From: the human T2T-CHM13v2.0 reference genome, Homo sapiens
Assembly (NCBI RefSeq): GCF_009914755.1
Contig: NC_060943.1
Strand: one strand, 5' to 3'
DNA length: 64,000 bases
Part shown: piece after piece, positions 1 through 22,211 of the stretch
Position numbering within the stretch: position 1 is the first letter of the stretch
Layout of the letters: each line of letters starts with the position of its first letter
Made by a program: the position numbers and the translations under genes
The notes under the pieces: generated by a model
What the model saw: the letters and a program-made list of their open reading frames with translations, nothing else
What the model was told of the DNA's origin: nothing
Databases searched by the model: none

Positions 1-1
1 C

Positions 2-238
<237 letters not shown>

Positions 239-412
239 TTATATATATATATATATATTTGTGGAATGAATGAGTAAATTAATATGTGAAAGAAGCTGTG
301 GTGTTAAAAAATATTTTAAACAAAAACGATGGCTGGACACGGTGGCTGACGCGTTGAATCCCAGCACTTTGGGAGGCTGAGGTGGGTGGATCACTCAAAA
401 TACAAAAATTTA

Positions 413-637
<225 letters not shown>

Positions 638-1288
638 TCACCACCCCAGGATACCCCATTCACAAGCACAAGAAACACAGTTACACTCAGATGCCCCCTT
701 CTCTGGGCAGAGGTTTCCTAAGACTTTGTATATATTAAGTTTTGTTAATTGCACCTCACTGAAAGGTGTTGGCCCTCTGTGCTCTCCGCCTGCCATGATT
801 CTGGGATTTTGGTCCTCCCTGGCATCGACCCTGCTGAATCCAGACAGTAGAGACTGGGGAGTTGCTTGTTGGTGTCAGGGGATCTCTGAAAACCATGGGC
901 TCAGGTTGTGACTTTGCAAATAATACTTCCCGGGGGAACACTGGGCATAGCATTTTTTTTCTTTTTTTGAGACAGAGTCTTGCTCTGTGGCCCAGACTAG
1001 AGCTCAGTGGCATAATCATAGCTCACTGCAGCCTCAACCTCTTTGGCTCAAGTGATTCTCTCCTCTCAGCCTCCCGAGCAGCTGAGACTACAGGCATGTA
1101 CCACGGTGCCTGGATAATGTTTTGTTTATTTTTTATAGAGACGAGGTCTCACTAGGTTGCCCAGGCTGGTCTTAAACTCCTGGCCTCAACTGATCCTTCT
1201 GTCTTGGCCTCCCAAAGTGCTGGGATTCCAGGTGTGAGCCTGGGCATAGATTTTTTATAAGTCAGTGTTTGCCAGATGTCAAATATTT

Positions 1289-1976
1289 GTGCTGTGGCCT
1301 GAATGTTTGTGTCTACCCAAATTTCTGTGTTGAAAGCTAATCCACAGTGTGATGGTATTAAAAGGTGGGATCTTCAGGAGGTAATTAGCTCTTGAGGGTG
1401 GGCCCCTCGTTAATGGGATTAGTGCCCTTGTAAGGGATTGAAGAGACCAGAGTTCTCGCCTTCTGCCACGTGAGGACAGAGTCCAAAGGCACCATGGGCT
1501 GGGCACTGAGGCTCATGCCTGTAATCCCAGCACTTTGGGAAGCTGAAGAGGGAGCATTGTTTGAGCCCAGGAGTTCAAGACCAGCCTGGGTAACAGTGTG
1601 AAACCCCATCTCTACAAAAAATATAAGAACTAGCCAGGTGTGATGGTGGGTGCCAGTAGTCCCAGCTACTCAGGAGGCTGAAGTGGGAGGATCGCTTGAG
1701 CCCGGGAAGTTAAGGCTGCAGTGAGCTGAGATCGTGCCACTGCACCCCAGCCTGGGGGACAGAGCAAGACCCTGTGTCAAAAAAACAAAAACAAAAACAA
1801 ACCAAAAAAACCCACCATCTATGAACCAGAGAATGTGCCCTCACCAGACACCAAATCTACTGGTGCTTTGGTCTTGGACTTCCCAGCATCCAGAACGGTG
1901 AGAAATACATTTCTGTTGTTTATTGAAATACCCAGCTTATGGTATTTTGCTACAGCAGTCCAAAGGGACTAAGACA
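1289..1976 (+). mobile_element. MaLR LTR (MLT1A-like) split by an Alu (1497-1810)
   Basis: tgtggcctgaatgtttgtgtc...ttggacttcccagcatccagaac...ggactaagaca. Confidence 0.75.
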
Positions 1977-2255
1977 GTTTGTAAGTGGATCTCCTTTGAA
2001 GATCCAGGCTCAAAAAGAAAGGCAGCCAGTGGCTTTGGTCTAGCTGGCCAGCTGGGGCACCAGGGACCTGTGCATTCCCAGAGGGGCTAGCCCATGGGAA
2101 GAGGATTTGACAAGAAATGTGAGAATCTTGCTTCACAGACAATATTTCCCTGGGGGAGAGAAAGAGAAGAGCATGTTTACATGACCAGTTTCATGTGTAT
2201 TAGTGGTGGGTTGCCCTACCACTAGAAATACACATTCCTAGGAGAGAATGTAAAT

Positions 2256-2400
2256 TTCCTTCCTTCCTTCCTTCCTTCCTTCCTCCTTCCTTCCTTCTTT
2301 CCTTCCTTCCATCCTTCTTTCCTCCCCCCTCCCTCCCTTCCTCCCTCCCTTCTTTTCTTTCTTTCCTTCTTTCTCTCTCCTACTTTCTTATTTCTTTCTT
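2256..2400. repeat. (CCTT)n polypyrimidine tract
   Basis: Directly visible. Confidence 0.9.
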
Positions 2401-2410
2401 TTTGAGATAG

Positions 2411-2911
<501 letters not shown>

Positions 2912-3734
2912 TGATCCACCCACCTCGGCCTCCCAAAGTGCTGGGATTACAGGCGTGAGCCACCGCGCCCGGCCAATTTTTTGTGTTTTTTGTAGAGACA
3001 GGGTTTCACCGTGTTGGTCAGGCTGGTCTTGAACTCCTGACCTCATGATCAGCCCATCTTGGCCTCCCAAAGTGCTGAGATTACAGGCATGAGCCACTGT
3101 GCCTGGCCCAAAATTTTTTATACATTGCAAATACTTAAAACACCAAATAGCCCAGATGATTCTTTTTTTTTGAGATGGAGTCTTGCTCTGTCGCCCAGGC
3201 TGGAGTACAGTAGTGCAATCTTGGCTCACTGCAACCTCCATCGCCTGGGTTCAAACGATTCTTCTGCCTCAGCCCCCCAAGTAGTTGGGATTACAGGTGC
3301 ACACCACCACTCCTGGCTAGTTTTTATATTTATAGTAGAGATGGGGTTTCTCCATGCTGGCCAGGCTGGTCTTGAACTCCTGACCTCAGGCAATCCACTC
3401 TCCTCAGTCTCCCAAAGTGCTAGGATTACAGGTGTGAGCCAACGTGCCTGGCCTGATGATTCTTAAATATAACATAAAAGTCTTAATTCTGGGGCTTTGA
3501 TTTCCTTCATCTCTGTATTCAATTTTAAGGCTTCGTGGCTGAACATGAAAAGACACATAAGAAAACAATTTTATTGGCCAGGCACAGTGGCTCACGCCTG
3601 TAATCCTAGTACTTTGGGAGGCCAAAGTGGGAGAATCACTGGAAGCCAGAAGTTTGAAATCAGCCTGGGCAACAAAGCAAGACCCTATCTCTGTTCTTAT
3701 TTGTTATTATTTTATTTATTTATTTATTTTTTGA

Positions 3735-3881
<147 letters not shown>

Positions 3882-3888
3882 TAGCTAA

Positions 3889-4401
<513 letters not shown>

Positions 4402-5414
4402 AAGAAAGAGAAAAGATAACAATTTTGCTAGCTAGGTGAGATTAATTCTTGGCCAGATAATTTATTATTGGGAAGGGAGTTCTGACTTTCTAGTTACGGA
4501 AAAAAAACCTTAGCCTGGCATGGTGGCTCACACCTGTAAGCCCAGCACTTTGGGAGGCTGAGGCAGGAGGATCACTGGAGCCCAGGAGTTTGAGACCAGC
4601 CTGGACAACCTAGGGAGACCCCCGTCTCTACAAACAATTTAAAAAATTAGATGGGCATGGTGGCACGCACCCATGGTCCCAGCTACGTGGGAGGCTGAGG
4701 TGGGAGAATCGCTTGAGCCCAGGAGGTCAAGGCTGCAGTGAGGTGTGTTTGCACCATAGCACTATAACCTGGGCAACAGAGCGAGACCCTGTCTCAAAAC
4801 AAAACAAAACAAAACAAAACAACCTTTTCAAAAATGCTGCTGAGCCCTTCTAAAATTGTTACCATAACAAATGGGCTTCATGGGCTACAAAGGTTTGGTC
4901 CTCTGGCCTTCAGTCTGGGTTCATGGTGTACCATCAGCTCACTTTCCTAACCAGTGACATTAGAGGGAAGTCTGTAGCTACCCAGGTGGCTCGCGGCTGG
5001 ACTGGCATCAGCCGGTCTCTCTGTCGCCCAGCTCTATTCTGCATTCTTTCTGCATTCCATCTCACCGTCTGGCCTGGCCACGGCCCCTGAGAGTAGTTAC
5101 ATGATGCCTGGCAGGCCGATGATATTGCCTGTCACCCCTTCGGCCAGCTTTCCTCCTGGCCAGGCTGATGTTGGGGTTGTGACCCAGAGATGAACAGGCA
5201 GGTCTCAGGGGGCCCCTTGGGGAGGCTGTAGATTGTTCCTGGGAGGGATCAGCTCTCATAATGTCAACAGAGTGCAAGGGGGATGCAACTCATCTGTCAT
5301 CTACCAGCCCAGGGGCGGCACCGTGTGTGGCTGCCAGGCTCAGCTTACAAACCTCAGAGTCTGGAGGCCTGGAGGAGGGGAGGCGAGGAGCCCATGTTGG
5401 GGGAGATCAAATAA

Positions 5415-6104
<690 letters not shown>

Positions 6105-6515
6105 TGAGGGATGATGGCAGAAGTCAGGCGTGTTCTGAATGTCCTTTGAAGGAAAGATAAAAGGATTTGCTGCTGGACTGGATTTGGTGTGAGAAATGGG
6201 GAGAGACAGGAGTCCAGGACAAGGCCAGGCTCTTGGGTCTGGCAGCTGGTGAAATAAGAGTGCCGCTCCCTGAAGATGGCGTGCGGAATCTGAATAGGTT
6301 CAGAAGGTTGCAAAATCTTTCTGGGTATGTGCTATGAACTTCAAGGCCAATGTTTCTCTACATTTTGTAACCATAGTCTGAGTAAGAAATGCATTCTGGC
6401 CGGGTGCGGTGGCTCACACCTGTACTCCCAGCACTTTGGGAGGCCGAGGTGGGTGGATCACCTGAGGTTAGGAGTTCAAGACCAGTCTGGCCAACATGGT
6501 GAGACCCTGTCTCTA

Positions 6516-6704
<189 letters not shown>

Positions 6705-7162
6705 TTACACAACAATCAATACACCTGAAAGTAGAATTTCTGCAGCAATGTTTACCCGCTGCTGTGTGCAGTGCACTCTGATGTTTTCTATTGAATTTCA
6801 TTTTTTAAAAATTGTGCTGGTTGTGACTTTTATCCGTTGGTCATGATCTAAAAATTGAAAATTATCATTCTAGGTTCTACCTCTTCAAGACTTAGCTTGA
6901 GTTCTTTACTGCCCTGGAGAAGTCTGGGAGTGTGGCCGGGTGACCACGGGGCAGCCAGGGCCTGGCAGGGATGACTGGAAGGAGGGGAGCTAAGACTTTG
7001 CAGTGTTCCTCCAGGGATGATGATGTAATCATGGAAGGGCTCAAAGCCTTTCCCAAGGACAGGGTCAAGGCTACTAAGTCCAAGTAGCAGGGACAGGCAC
7101 AGCCCGGCCAGTAAGGGTGTGTGGCCCGGGGCTGGTGCCTCCCTTACTCCCTGGTCCTGCAG

Positions 7163-7252
7163 AGGACGCCTGGGATCTGCAGCACTGTGGCAATGACATG
7201 TTGGGGAGAAGGGACCCTCGCAGGCTCCCAGACCTGCTTTGTGACTTACTGA
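7163..7252 (+). pseudogene. Pseudo-exon homologous to FBXO27 exon 3
   Basis: Acceptor cccttactccctggtcctgcag|AG GAC GCC TGG GAT CTG CAG CAC TGT GGC. The 3' end tcccagacctgctttgtgacttactga|gtgagt compares with FBXO27 tctcagacgtgcttcgtgacttcattcag|gtgaat. 90 nt versus 112 nt. Confidence 0.85.
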
Positions 7253-7364
7253 GTGAGTGCCTGACCCCTGCCTCACCAGCCCTGGGCTTCAGAGCCTGAG
7301 AATGAAACCCGCCCTTCTTCCACCTCCTCTCCTGCCCATCTCCTTCCCTCCTTCCTCTTCCCAG

Positions 7365-7455
7365 CTGGTGCCACGAGGAGCTGGCGGACCGCCAAGAGAA
7401 TTGGCCAAGAATGCAGCCTCTGGACAGTGACCTGGGTGAGAATCATCACAGTGGC
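7365..7455 (+). pseudogene. Pseudo-exon homologous to FBXO27 exon 4
   Basis: Long pyrimidine tract then ttcccag|C TGG TGC, versus FBXO27 ttcccag|C TGG TGT. Reads WCHEELADRQENWPRMQPLDSDLGE versus [26 protein letters not shown]. Preceding intron is 112 nt (84 nt in FBXO27). Confidence 0.75.
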
Positions 7456-7619
7456 ACACCCCGGACCCAGGAATTTCACTTAGTCCTTGTCATCATCCCA
7501 GTCCTTGTCATCATCCACCAATGCGGGACAGCTCGGCCCAGATTGTTCATGGCTCAAGACCCCACCCCACCCCATTCTGCTTGGTTGGGCTGTGTTGTTT
7601 ATTTTATTTAATGAATTAA

Positions 7620-7745
<126 letters not shown>

Positions 7746-8109
7746 TAGGATTACAGGTGCCCGCCACCACACCCGGCTACTTTTCATGTTTTTAGTAGAG
7801 ACAGGGTTTCATTGTGTTGGCTGGGCAGGTCTTGAACTCCTGACCTCAGCTGATCTGCCTGTCTCAGCCTCCCAAAGTGCTGGGATTACAGGCATGAGCC
7901 ACCATGCCCGGCTGCACTGTGCTGTTTTTAAGCCTCTTGAATATCATCACCTCTCTTTGTCTACAGATGGGGAAACAGTTTACAGACGGGGAAACAGGCT
8001 CAGAGGGGAAAAATACCTTTTCAGGGTTTTCCAGGCAAAGAGTGGCAGAGCAGAGACCAACCTCCGCCTGGCCAAAGCCCTTCTCTGCTTCCTGTCCATT
8101 TGTGGGTGA

Positions 8110-8466
<357 letters not shown>

Positions 8467-8496
8467 TGAGACACAGCCAGATCTTCACAGTGCCAG

Positions 8497-8582
8497 GTGG
8501 GGTGATGTGCAGGACTGCAGCTGTGTCTGGATTCTGGACAAGGCTCCAAATGATCACCACCATATCTTGGCTGTTCAGTTAG
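8497..8582 (+). pseudogene. Pseudo-exon homologous to FBXO27 exon 5, internally deleted
   Basis: ccag|G TGG GGT GAT GTG CAG GAC TGC AGC TGT GTC = [10 protein letters not shown], ungapped against WGARHDSGCM and in the same phase. Ends ggctgttcagttag|gtgggt. Confidence 0.7.
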
Positions 8583-8719
8583 GTGGGTCTGGGCTAGAGA
8601 TGAGAAAGGAGGGGTGAGGGAGGAGGAGAGTGAGAAAGGAGGGGTGAGGGAGGAGGAGAGGAATCTGAGCCTCAGATCTGAGGCTGCAGGACTCTCTGCA
8701 TCATCTCCTCTTCCACATG

Positions 8720-8795
8720 GTACCCACTTTTGGGAAAGGCATCCGGATGTATGCTTTGAACAGTATACAAGGGCCTGTGGTCCTGGGACAATATT
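8720..8795 (+). pseudogene. Pseudo-exon homologous to the FBXO17/FBXO27 last exon
   Basis: Broken acceptor cttccacatg, then gt acc cac t TTT GGG AAA GGC ATC CGG -AT GTA TGC TTT GAA CAG TAT = FGKGIR(Y)VCFEQY with a 1-nt deletion, then tcc tgg. FBXO27 reads [12 protein letters not shown]; recalled FBXO17 reads FGKGIRYVSFEQY. Confidence 0.85.
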
Positions 8796-9544
8796 TTAAC
8801 ACAGGCTTTATTATTATTTGGGTATAGTAAAACCAAGAGATCCTGAGATGACAGTTATTAGGAAGATTGTTGTACTTACAAATTCCAAGAGGAGGGGACA
8901 TGCCATACTATGGAGACCACACAGGGACTCACCAGGGTAGGTCAGGAGGCAGAGGGAACACAGGGAGCTCTGGGCAAGAGGCTTTATTGTGGGCAAGATG
9001 GGGACACACAGTAAAAGCTTACTTCTCATTCCTGTTATTGCCCAGGCTGCCTGGGCAGATGCTCTACTCCACGCAGTCATTTAGGGATCCAGGCTATTTC
9101 CATCTAGTGGCTCCACCATCCTCCCGGGCCTCATAATATTCCACTGGATCAGTCCAGCAGGTGAGAGGGATGAGGGCATGGAGAGTTATGGGGGAGATAT
9201 TTGTGGGTCAGCCCCAGAAACGTAACACGTCACTCCTGCCCACATTCTCTACTGAACTGCAGAGGAGGCTTGGAAGTGTAGTCAGGCTCTGTGTGCCCAG
9301 AAGGAAAACAAGACAGGGCTTGATGAACACAGATCCCAGTCTCTGCATTGAGAGCATTTCCCAGAAGCCACCGTAAGGACTTCTCCTTTTGAGTCATGGA
9401 TCAGAGCTGAGTCACATGCACACTGGCAAGAGGAACCAGGATCACCCTGATATCTAAACCATCAGGATTTCCTTCCAGACTTGGGAATGGGAGGAGATGC
9501 CAACAAACTCAAGGCTGTATTAGACAGGAAGTGGGGATGGCTAA

Positions 9545-10324
<780 letters not shown>

Positions 10325-10329
10325 CCCCC

Positions 10330-11565
<1,236 letters not shown>

Positions 11566-11669
11566 CAGCTAAATTTCAGGGAACACTACAACTAAAGGGA
11601 AGAAGGGAAGAAAGGCTGTGGGGATGCTGCTTAGTTTCTACCATGACATGATGGCAGGCACAGTGCTAA

Positions 11670-11858
<189 letters not shown>

Positions 11859-12340
11859 TAGAGGCAGGGTTTTGCCATGTTGCCCAGGCTGGTCTCGAAC
11901 TCCTGAGCTCAGGCAATCTGCCCGCCTTGGCCTCCCAAAGTGCTAGGATTACAGGCATGAACCACTGCACCTGGCTGCTCATGTATCGTTTAATTGAACC
12001 TCCCGCAATCCTATGAGGATGCTGGATCAGGGAAAAGGACTTTGGTTACAAGCAGCAGGAAGTCCAGTTAACATTGGGGCCTGCTAATACAAGGGTACTT
12101 ATTGTTTATTTAACAAGCACTCTTGAGATAAGCTATCTTGGGATCTTGGGGTTGGTCTAGCAGCTCAGTTATGTCTTCAGGGAGCCAGCCTGCTTCTCTT
12201 CCTTTCCATCACCCTCAGCATGTTGGTGTTTGTCTTAGAGGTTGGCAGCCTCAGCGGCTGGGACCATAACTTCACACACAAAGGCAGGAAGACATAGGAA
12301 GGGAAGGGCGCCCAGCACACTTCCCCTGATGCCTTCTTGA

Positions 12341-12658
<318 letters not shown>

Positions 12659-13063
12659 TGAACTCCTGACTTCAGGTGATCTACCCGCCTCGGCCTCCCA
12701 AAGTGCTGGGATTACAGGCGTGAGCCACTGTGCCCAGCTACGTCTGGTGTATTCTAATTCATCATCCACGGCTGGGCACATGGCTGCACCAAAAAAAAAA
12801 AAAAAAGAAAAAAATAGCTAGGTTCTGTTAGCCAGGAAGTGGGGGATGGCCTGCAAGTAACAGAATCTGCCACAGTAGGAACAAGGTGACATCTACAATG
12901 TTTAATAATGGCATGGTATGGCGGTGGCCATCATTGCTGACATAGGCTGGGGCACCTGATTAGGGTCTCAGACACTCCCTTGTGTGCCCCTTTGATTATG
13001 GAGAGACAAGGAAACTCCAAAGAAGGAGCAAAAGAAAGGAGGGCACTTGGCAGTGAACACTCA

Positions 13064-13495
<432 letters not shown>

Positions 13496-13741
13496 TCACT
13501 GTCTCAGTCTGTTTGTGCTGCTGTGACAACATATCTATGACTGGGTAATTTACAAAAAACAGAAATTTATTTTCTCACTGTTCTGGAGGCTGGGAAGTGC
13601 AAAATCAAGGTGCCAGAAGATTCAGTTTCTGGTGAAGATCACTCTCAGCTTCCAAGATAACAGCTCATTTTTTTTTTTTTTTTTTTTTTTTGAGATAGGA
13701 TCTTGCTCTGTCACCCAGGCTGGAGTGCAGTGGTGCAATCA

Positions 13742-13957
<216 letters not shown>

Positions 13958-14162
13958 TTACTCTGGAGGCTGGGGCAGGAGAATTGCTTGAACCCAGGAG
14001 ACAGAGGTTGCAGGGAGCTGATATTGCACCACTGTACTCCAGCCTGGGTGACAGAGCGAGACTCTGTCTCCAAAAAAAAAGGTCCTCCCATCTCAGCCAC
14101 CTGAGTAGCTAGGACTACAGGTGCATGCCACTGGGCCCGACTAGTTTTTTAATATTTTGTAG

Positions 14163-14297
<135 letters not shown>

Positions 14298-14619
14298 TAA
14301 TAGTCATCCCCTGGGCCAGACCTTGTTCTAAGCACATTGCACATATTAATACGCAGCTTGTGCAGGTATATACGGTTATATTATATGGGTAGGTAGAATA
14401 TATAATATATATAGAATAATAAGTAGATACTTTATTGGCACTATTATGTAGAGGAGAAAGGTCTTAGAAATTAAGCAGTTTGTAGCCACGCGCAGTGGCT
14501 CACGCCTGTAATCCCAACACTTTGGGAGGCCGAGGAGGGCGGATCACTAGAGGTCAGGAGATCGAGACCAGCCTGGCCAACATAGTGAAACGCTATCTCT
14601 ACTAAAAATACAAAAATTA

Positions 14620-15018
<399 letters not shown>

Positions 15019-15361
15019 CCCTACAGACATTGCTGCCCATGGCCCCTGGAGGAAGGTAGATAATGTTCACAGCAACATGGGTGAGAAATAGTCCCCAAAC
15101 TGGGGGCACTAGCACACTAAGGACACAATGACACATAGATTGTAGTCCACTCCCATATTGGACAAAATTGATGAACAGTAGTTATCTTCATCAAAATGGA
15201 TGAATCTCATATTAATGTTGAATGAAAGATGCAGGTCACAGAAGAATCCAGGTGGTATGCTTTCATTTGTATCATTTATATCATTTATATCAAACACAGG
15301 CCAGGCACGGTGGCTCATGCCTGTCATCCCAGCACTTGGGGCGGCCAAGGTGTGTGGATCA

Positions 15362-15601
<240 letters not shown>

Positions 15602-15969
15602 CTACACACACGCACACACACTCACACACACGATAGATGGCCAAACACTAAAAAAAAAGCCTGCAAGAGATTATTACAAAAAATTAGGATATTGCCAAGC
15701 ATAGTGGCTTTCACCTGTAATCTTAGTGACTTGGGAGGCTGAGGTGGGAGGCCAGAAGTTTGAGACCAGCCTGGGAAACATAGTGAGACCCCATTTCTGC
15801 AGACAAAAAATAAAAAGTTAGTTAGGCATGGTGGTCCACACTTGTAGTCCCAGCTACTTGGGATGTTGAGGTGAGAGGATCGCTTGAGCCCAGGAGTTTG
15901 AGGCTGCGGTGAGCCATGATTGCATCACTGCACTCCAGCCTGGAAAACAGAGTGAGGCCTCCCACTCTA

Positions 15970-16116
<147 letters not shown>

Positions 16117-16294
16117 TTAGCCGGGCATGGTGGCACATGCCTGTAATCTCAGCTACTCGAGAGGCTGAGGCAGGAGAATCATTTGAACCCAGGAGGTGGA
16201 GGTTGCCGTGGGCCAACCTTGAGTGGAGGTTACACCACTGCACTCCATCCTGGGTGACAGGGTGAGACTCCATCTCAAAAAAAAAAAAAAAAAA

Positions 16295-16813
<519 letters not shown>

Positions 16814-16917
16814 CTAAAGCACTGGTAATATTCCATTTCAGAACTTAGTTGGTGGACAGAAAAGTATTTTATTGTTGTTTAAAAATAAATACACAAGCAC
16901 ACACACTTTTTTACTTA

Positions 16918-17350
16918 TGTAGGGTTTCCTGGGAAACAGATTCTGAGGTGGAGATTTGCAGGCAGATGGTTTTGGAGGAGTGCTCTGTGGGGGGAAACTT
17001 CTAAGGGAGAGAGGAGCGCAAGGTGGGCAGAGGGAGACGTGGAAGTGTGATGTGCTTGCCACCAGAGCCTCAGCCAGGATGGCAGAGAATGCGGAGCTGG
17101 GGTGGCCTGTCCGAGGGATCCCCGGCTGAGGCATGGAGCCAGGCCTTTGTACTTCCTTATGAACCAGATATAGAATGTGGGCTGCCCCTGGGGATTGGGG
17201 ATAACCTTGGGCCAGATGGCTTTCTTCAGCTGAAGTCCCAGAGAGAGGTGCAGCTGTAAGCCATCAGCTACCAACACCCCAGGCTGCTGGCAGAAAGAAT
17301 GCCTCAGTCCTAAAGAGGGGGTGTGGGTGGCATATTACAGCATCCAGCAC
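16918..17350. mobile_element. Ancient ERVL/MaLR-type LTR
   Basis: gggtttcctgggaaacagattctgaggtggagatttgc...cagcatccagcac resembles recalled old LTR consensus sequences. Confidence 0.5.
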
Positions 17351-17515
17351 GCCTTTGTACCTACGATGTATTTGACAACAAAAATTTAGAAAGAGGCCGG
17401 GTGCAGTGGCTCACGTCTGTAATCCCAGCACTTTGGGAAGCTGAGGCAGGTGGATCACTTAAGGTCAGGAGTTCAAAACCAGCCTGGCCAACATGGTGAA
17501 ACCCCGTCTCTACTA

Positions 17516-17710
<195 letters not shown>

Positions 17711-18242
17711 TCATGTAATACATCATATTAACAGATGAAAAGATACAAATAATTTGATAGAATTTGACACTCTAGGCTATGCACAGTGGCTTACACCTGT
17801 AATCCCAGCCCTTTTCGAGGCCGAGGTGGGAGGATCGCTTGAAGCCAGGAGTTTGAGACCAGGCTGGGAAACAAAGAAAGACCTTGTTTCTACAAAAATT
17901 AAAAAATTAGCCACACACTCCTGTAGTCCCAGTTAATCAGGAGGCTGAGGCAGGAGGATTGCTTGAGTCCAGGAGTTTGCGGCTACAGTGAGCCATGATA
18001 ATAGTCTTCAATCTGATAAAAGGAACCTACCAAAATCCTATAACAGGTATCCAACTTAATTAGAAAAATTACCTTTAAAGAACTGTCTTAGTCCATTTTA
18101 TGTTGCTGTGACTGAATACCTGAGACTGGGTAATTTATAAAGAAAAGGGGTTTATTTCTTACAGTTCTGGAGGCTGGGGAGTCCAAGTTTGAGGGTTTTT
18201 TTTCTGGTCAGCCTCTGGTGAGGGTCTTGTACTGTGTCATAA

Positions 18243-18590
<348 letters not shown>

Positions 18591-20007
18591 TGATCCCCCT
18601 GCCTCAGGCTCCCAAAGTGCTGGGATTACAGGCGTGAGCCACTGTGCCTGGCCAATTTTTGTATTTTTAGTAGAGATGGGGTTTAACCATGTTGGCCAGA
18701 CTGGTCTCGAACTCCTGGCCTCAAGTGATCCACCCGCCTCAGCCTCCCAAAGTGTTAGGATTACAGGCGTAAGCTACCGTGCCCAGCCTCACCCCCAGTC
18801 TTTCATCTGATGCCTGACGATGTCCAGGCAACGTGGTAATAATCATCCAGTTCCATTTTCCTTGTATTTAGTTTTCCTGCCGTACATCTCAAAAGGCTGA
18901 ATCAACTCATTTGCCCATGCATCTCCTCCACCAGCACATTCTCCCAAGCCTCCATGGGTGACAGTTTCAACAACTGGACTGTCACCTGTGCCAGGGACTG
19001 TGCTTCCCCTACCCCCTGGGATGGTGTCCTCATTGTCAGCCAGGCACCGAGAGATTTGGTTCCCAAGCCTCATGTTACCATCTGCTTTCTCAGACCACTC
19101 CTGGTAGAAGCTATGCGGTTCTGCTTCACTAGGAAGCAATCCTGAGATGGATTTTGAAGTGCAGGCCAGAGACGCTGCCTCACACTTATAATCCCAGCAC
19201 TTTGGGAGGATCACTTGAGGCTAGGAGTTTGAGACCAGCCTGGGCAACATAGTGAGACCCTGTCTCTACAAAAAATAAAAAATTACCTGGGCATAGTGGT
19301 GCACATGTAGTCCTACTTACTCAGGAGGCTGAGGCAGGAGGATCACTTGAGCCCGGGGGGTTGAGGCTGCAGCAAGCTATGATTGTGCCACTGCACTCCT
19401 GGGCCTGGGCAACAGAGCAAGACCTCACTTCCAAAAAAAAAAAAAAGTGCAAAAGCATTTTCAAGGAGTTACACTTGTGAAATGAAAAGTATTGACCGGG
19501 TGCTGTGGCTCAAGCCTTTAATCCCAGCACTTTGGGAGACCGAGGTGGGCGGATCACCTGAGGTCAGGGGTTCGAGGCCAGCCTGACTGACACGCTGAAA
19601 TCCCATCTCTACTAAAAATACAAAAAATTAGCCGGGCGTGGTGGCGCATGTCTGTAACATATATATATATGTAAAGGATTAGATAAATAAATATCTTCTG
19701 CAGTAGGACTGTTGAAAGAAAAATTAAAAAGAAAAAATAAAAATAAATATAGATAGAATGTGTGTTTATCTCCATCTATCCATGTATTCATCTATCAACA
19801 TTATACACACACACACTCCCTAGTTCTGTCCACTGAGAGGTCCTGGGAGTGGTGACACCCCAGTAGTAATGAATACACCAAGCACCCAGATATGGTGTGC
19901 TTGGTGTGTTCTACATCCCTCCACTATGGAAGTATGACAGGAACTTGGCACATATCGTTGTGCCGGAAAAGTAAGGAAGTGCTTGAGGAATGATGAGGGC
20001 ATATTAA

Positions 20008-20384
<377 letters not shown>

Positions 20385-20397
20385 TGAATAAGAAGAG

Positions 20398-21712
<1,315 letters not shown>

Positions 21713-22034
21713 AGAGAGTAACATTGTAGCCCACTGAATAAAATAGGAAACCACAAGTCAATACTGATATATGTAGATAAATGAATGAATCCAAAGGTTG
21801 ATGAAGAATGGGATATTTACAGTGTTTTAAAGAACTTATGAAACACTAATTACAAAGAGGAAAGTAACTTGACAGTGAAGGTTGGCTGACACCACTTTAA
21901 ATCAAGTGATCAAGGTGAAATGTCATCAATACTGGGACAAATTGAAATTGTGCAGCACATGAAAAATGCAGTGGGGACACACAGAAAAGTCTCTTTGGTG
22001 ATATTCTTGCCAAAGATGTTATAATCTGAATCTA

Positions 22035-22211
<177 letters not shown>

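Noticed and set aside
5300-5370. ggcaccgtgtgtggctgcc faintly resembles the F-box exon segment (GPTVWLL / GQALWLL)
   Set aside because: Too short, needs indels and has no flanking support, so it is not included in the pseudogene call.
6848-7479. Minus-strand ORFs of 142 aa and 68 aa
   Set aside because: No recognisable product; better explained as antisense to the plus-strand pseudo-exons.
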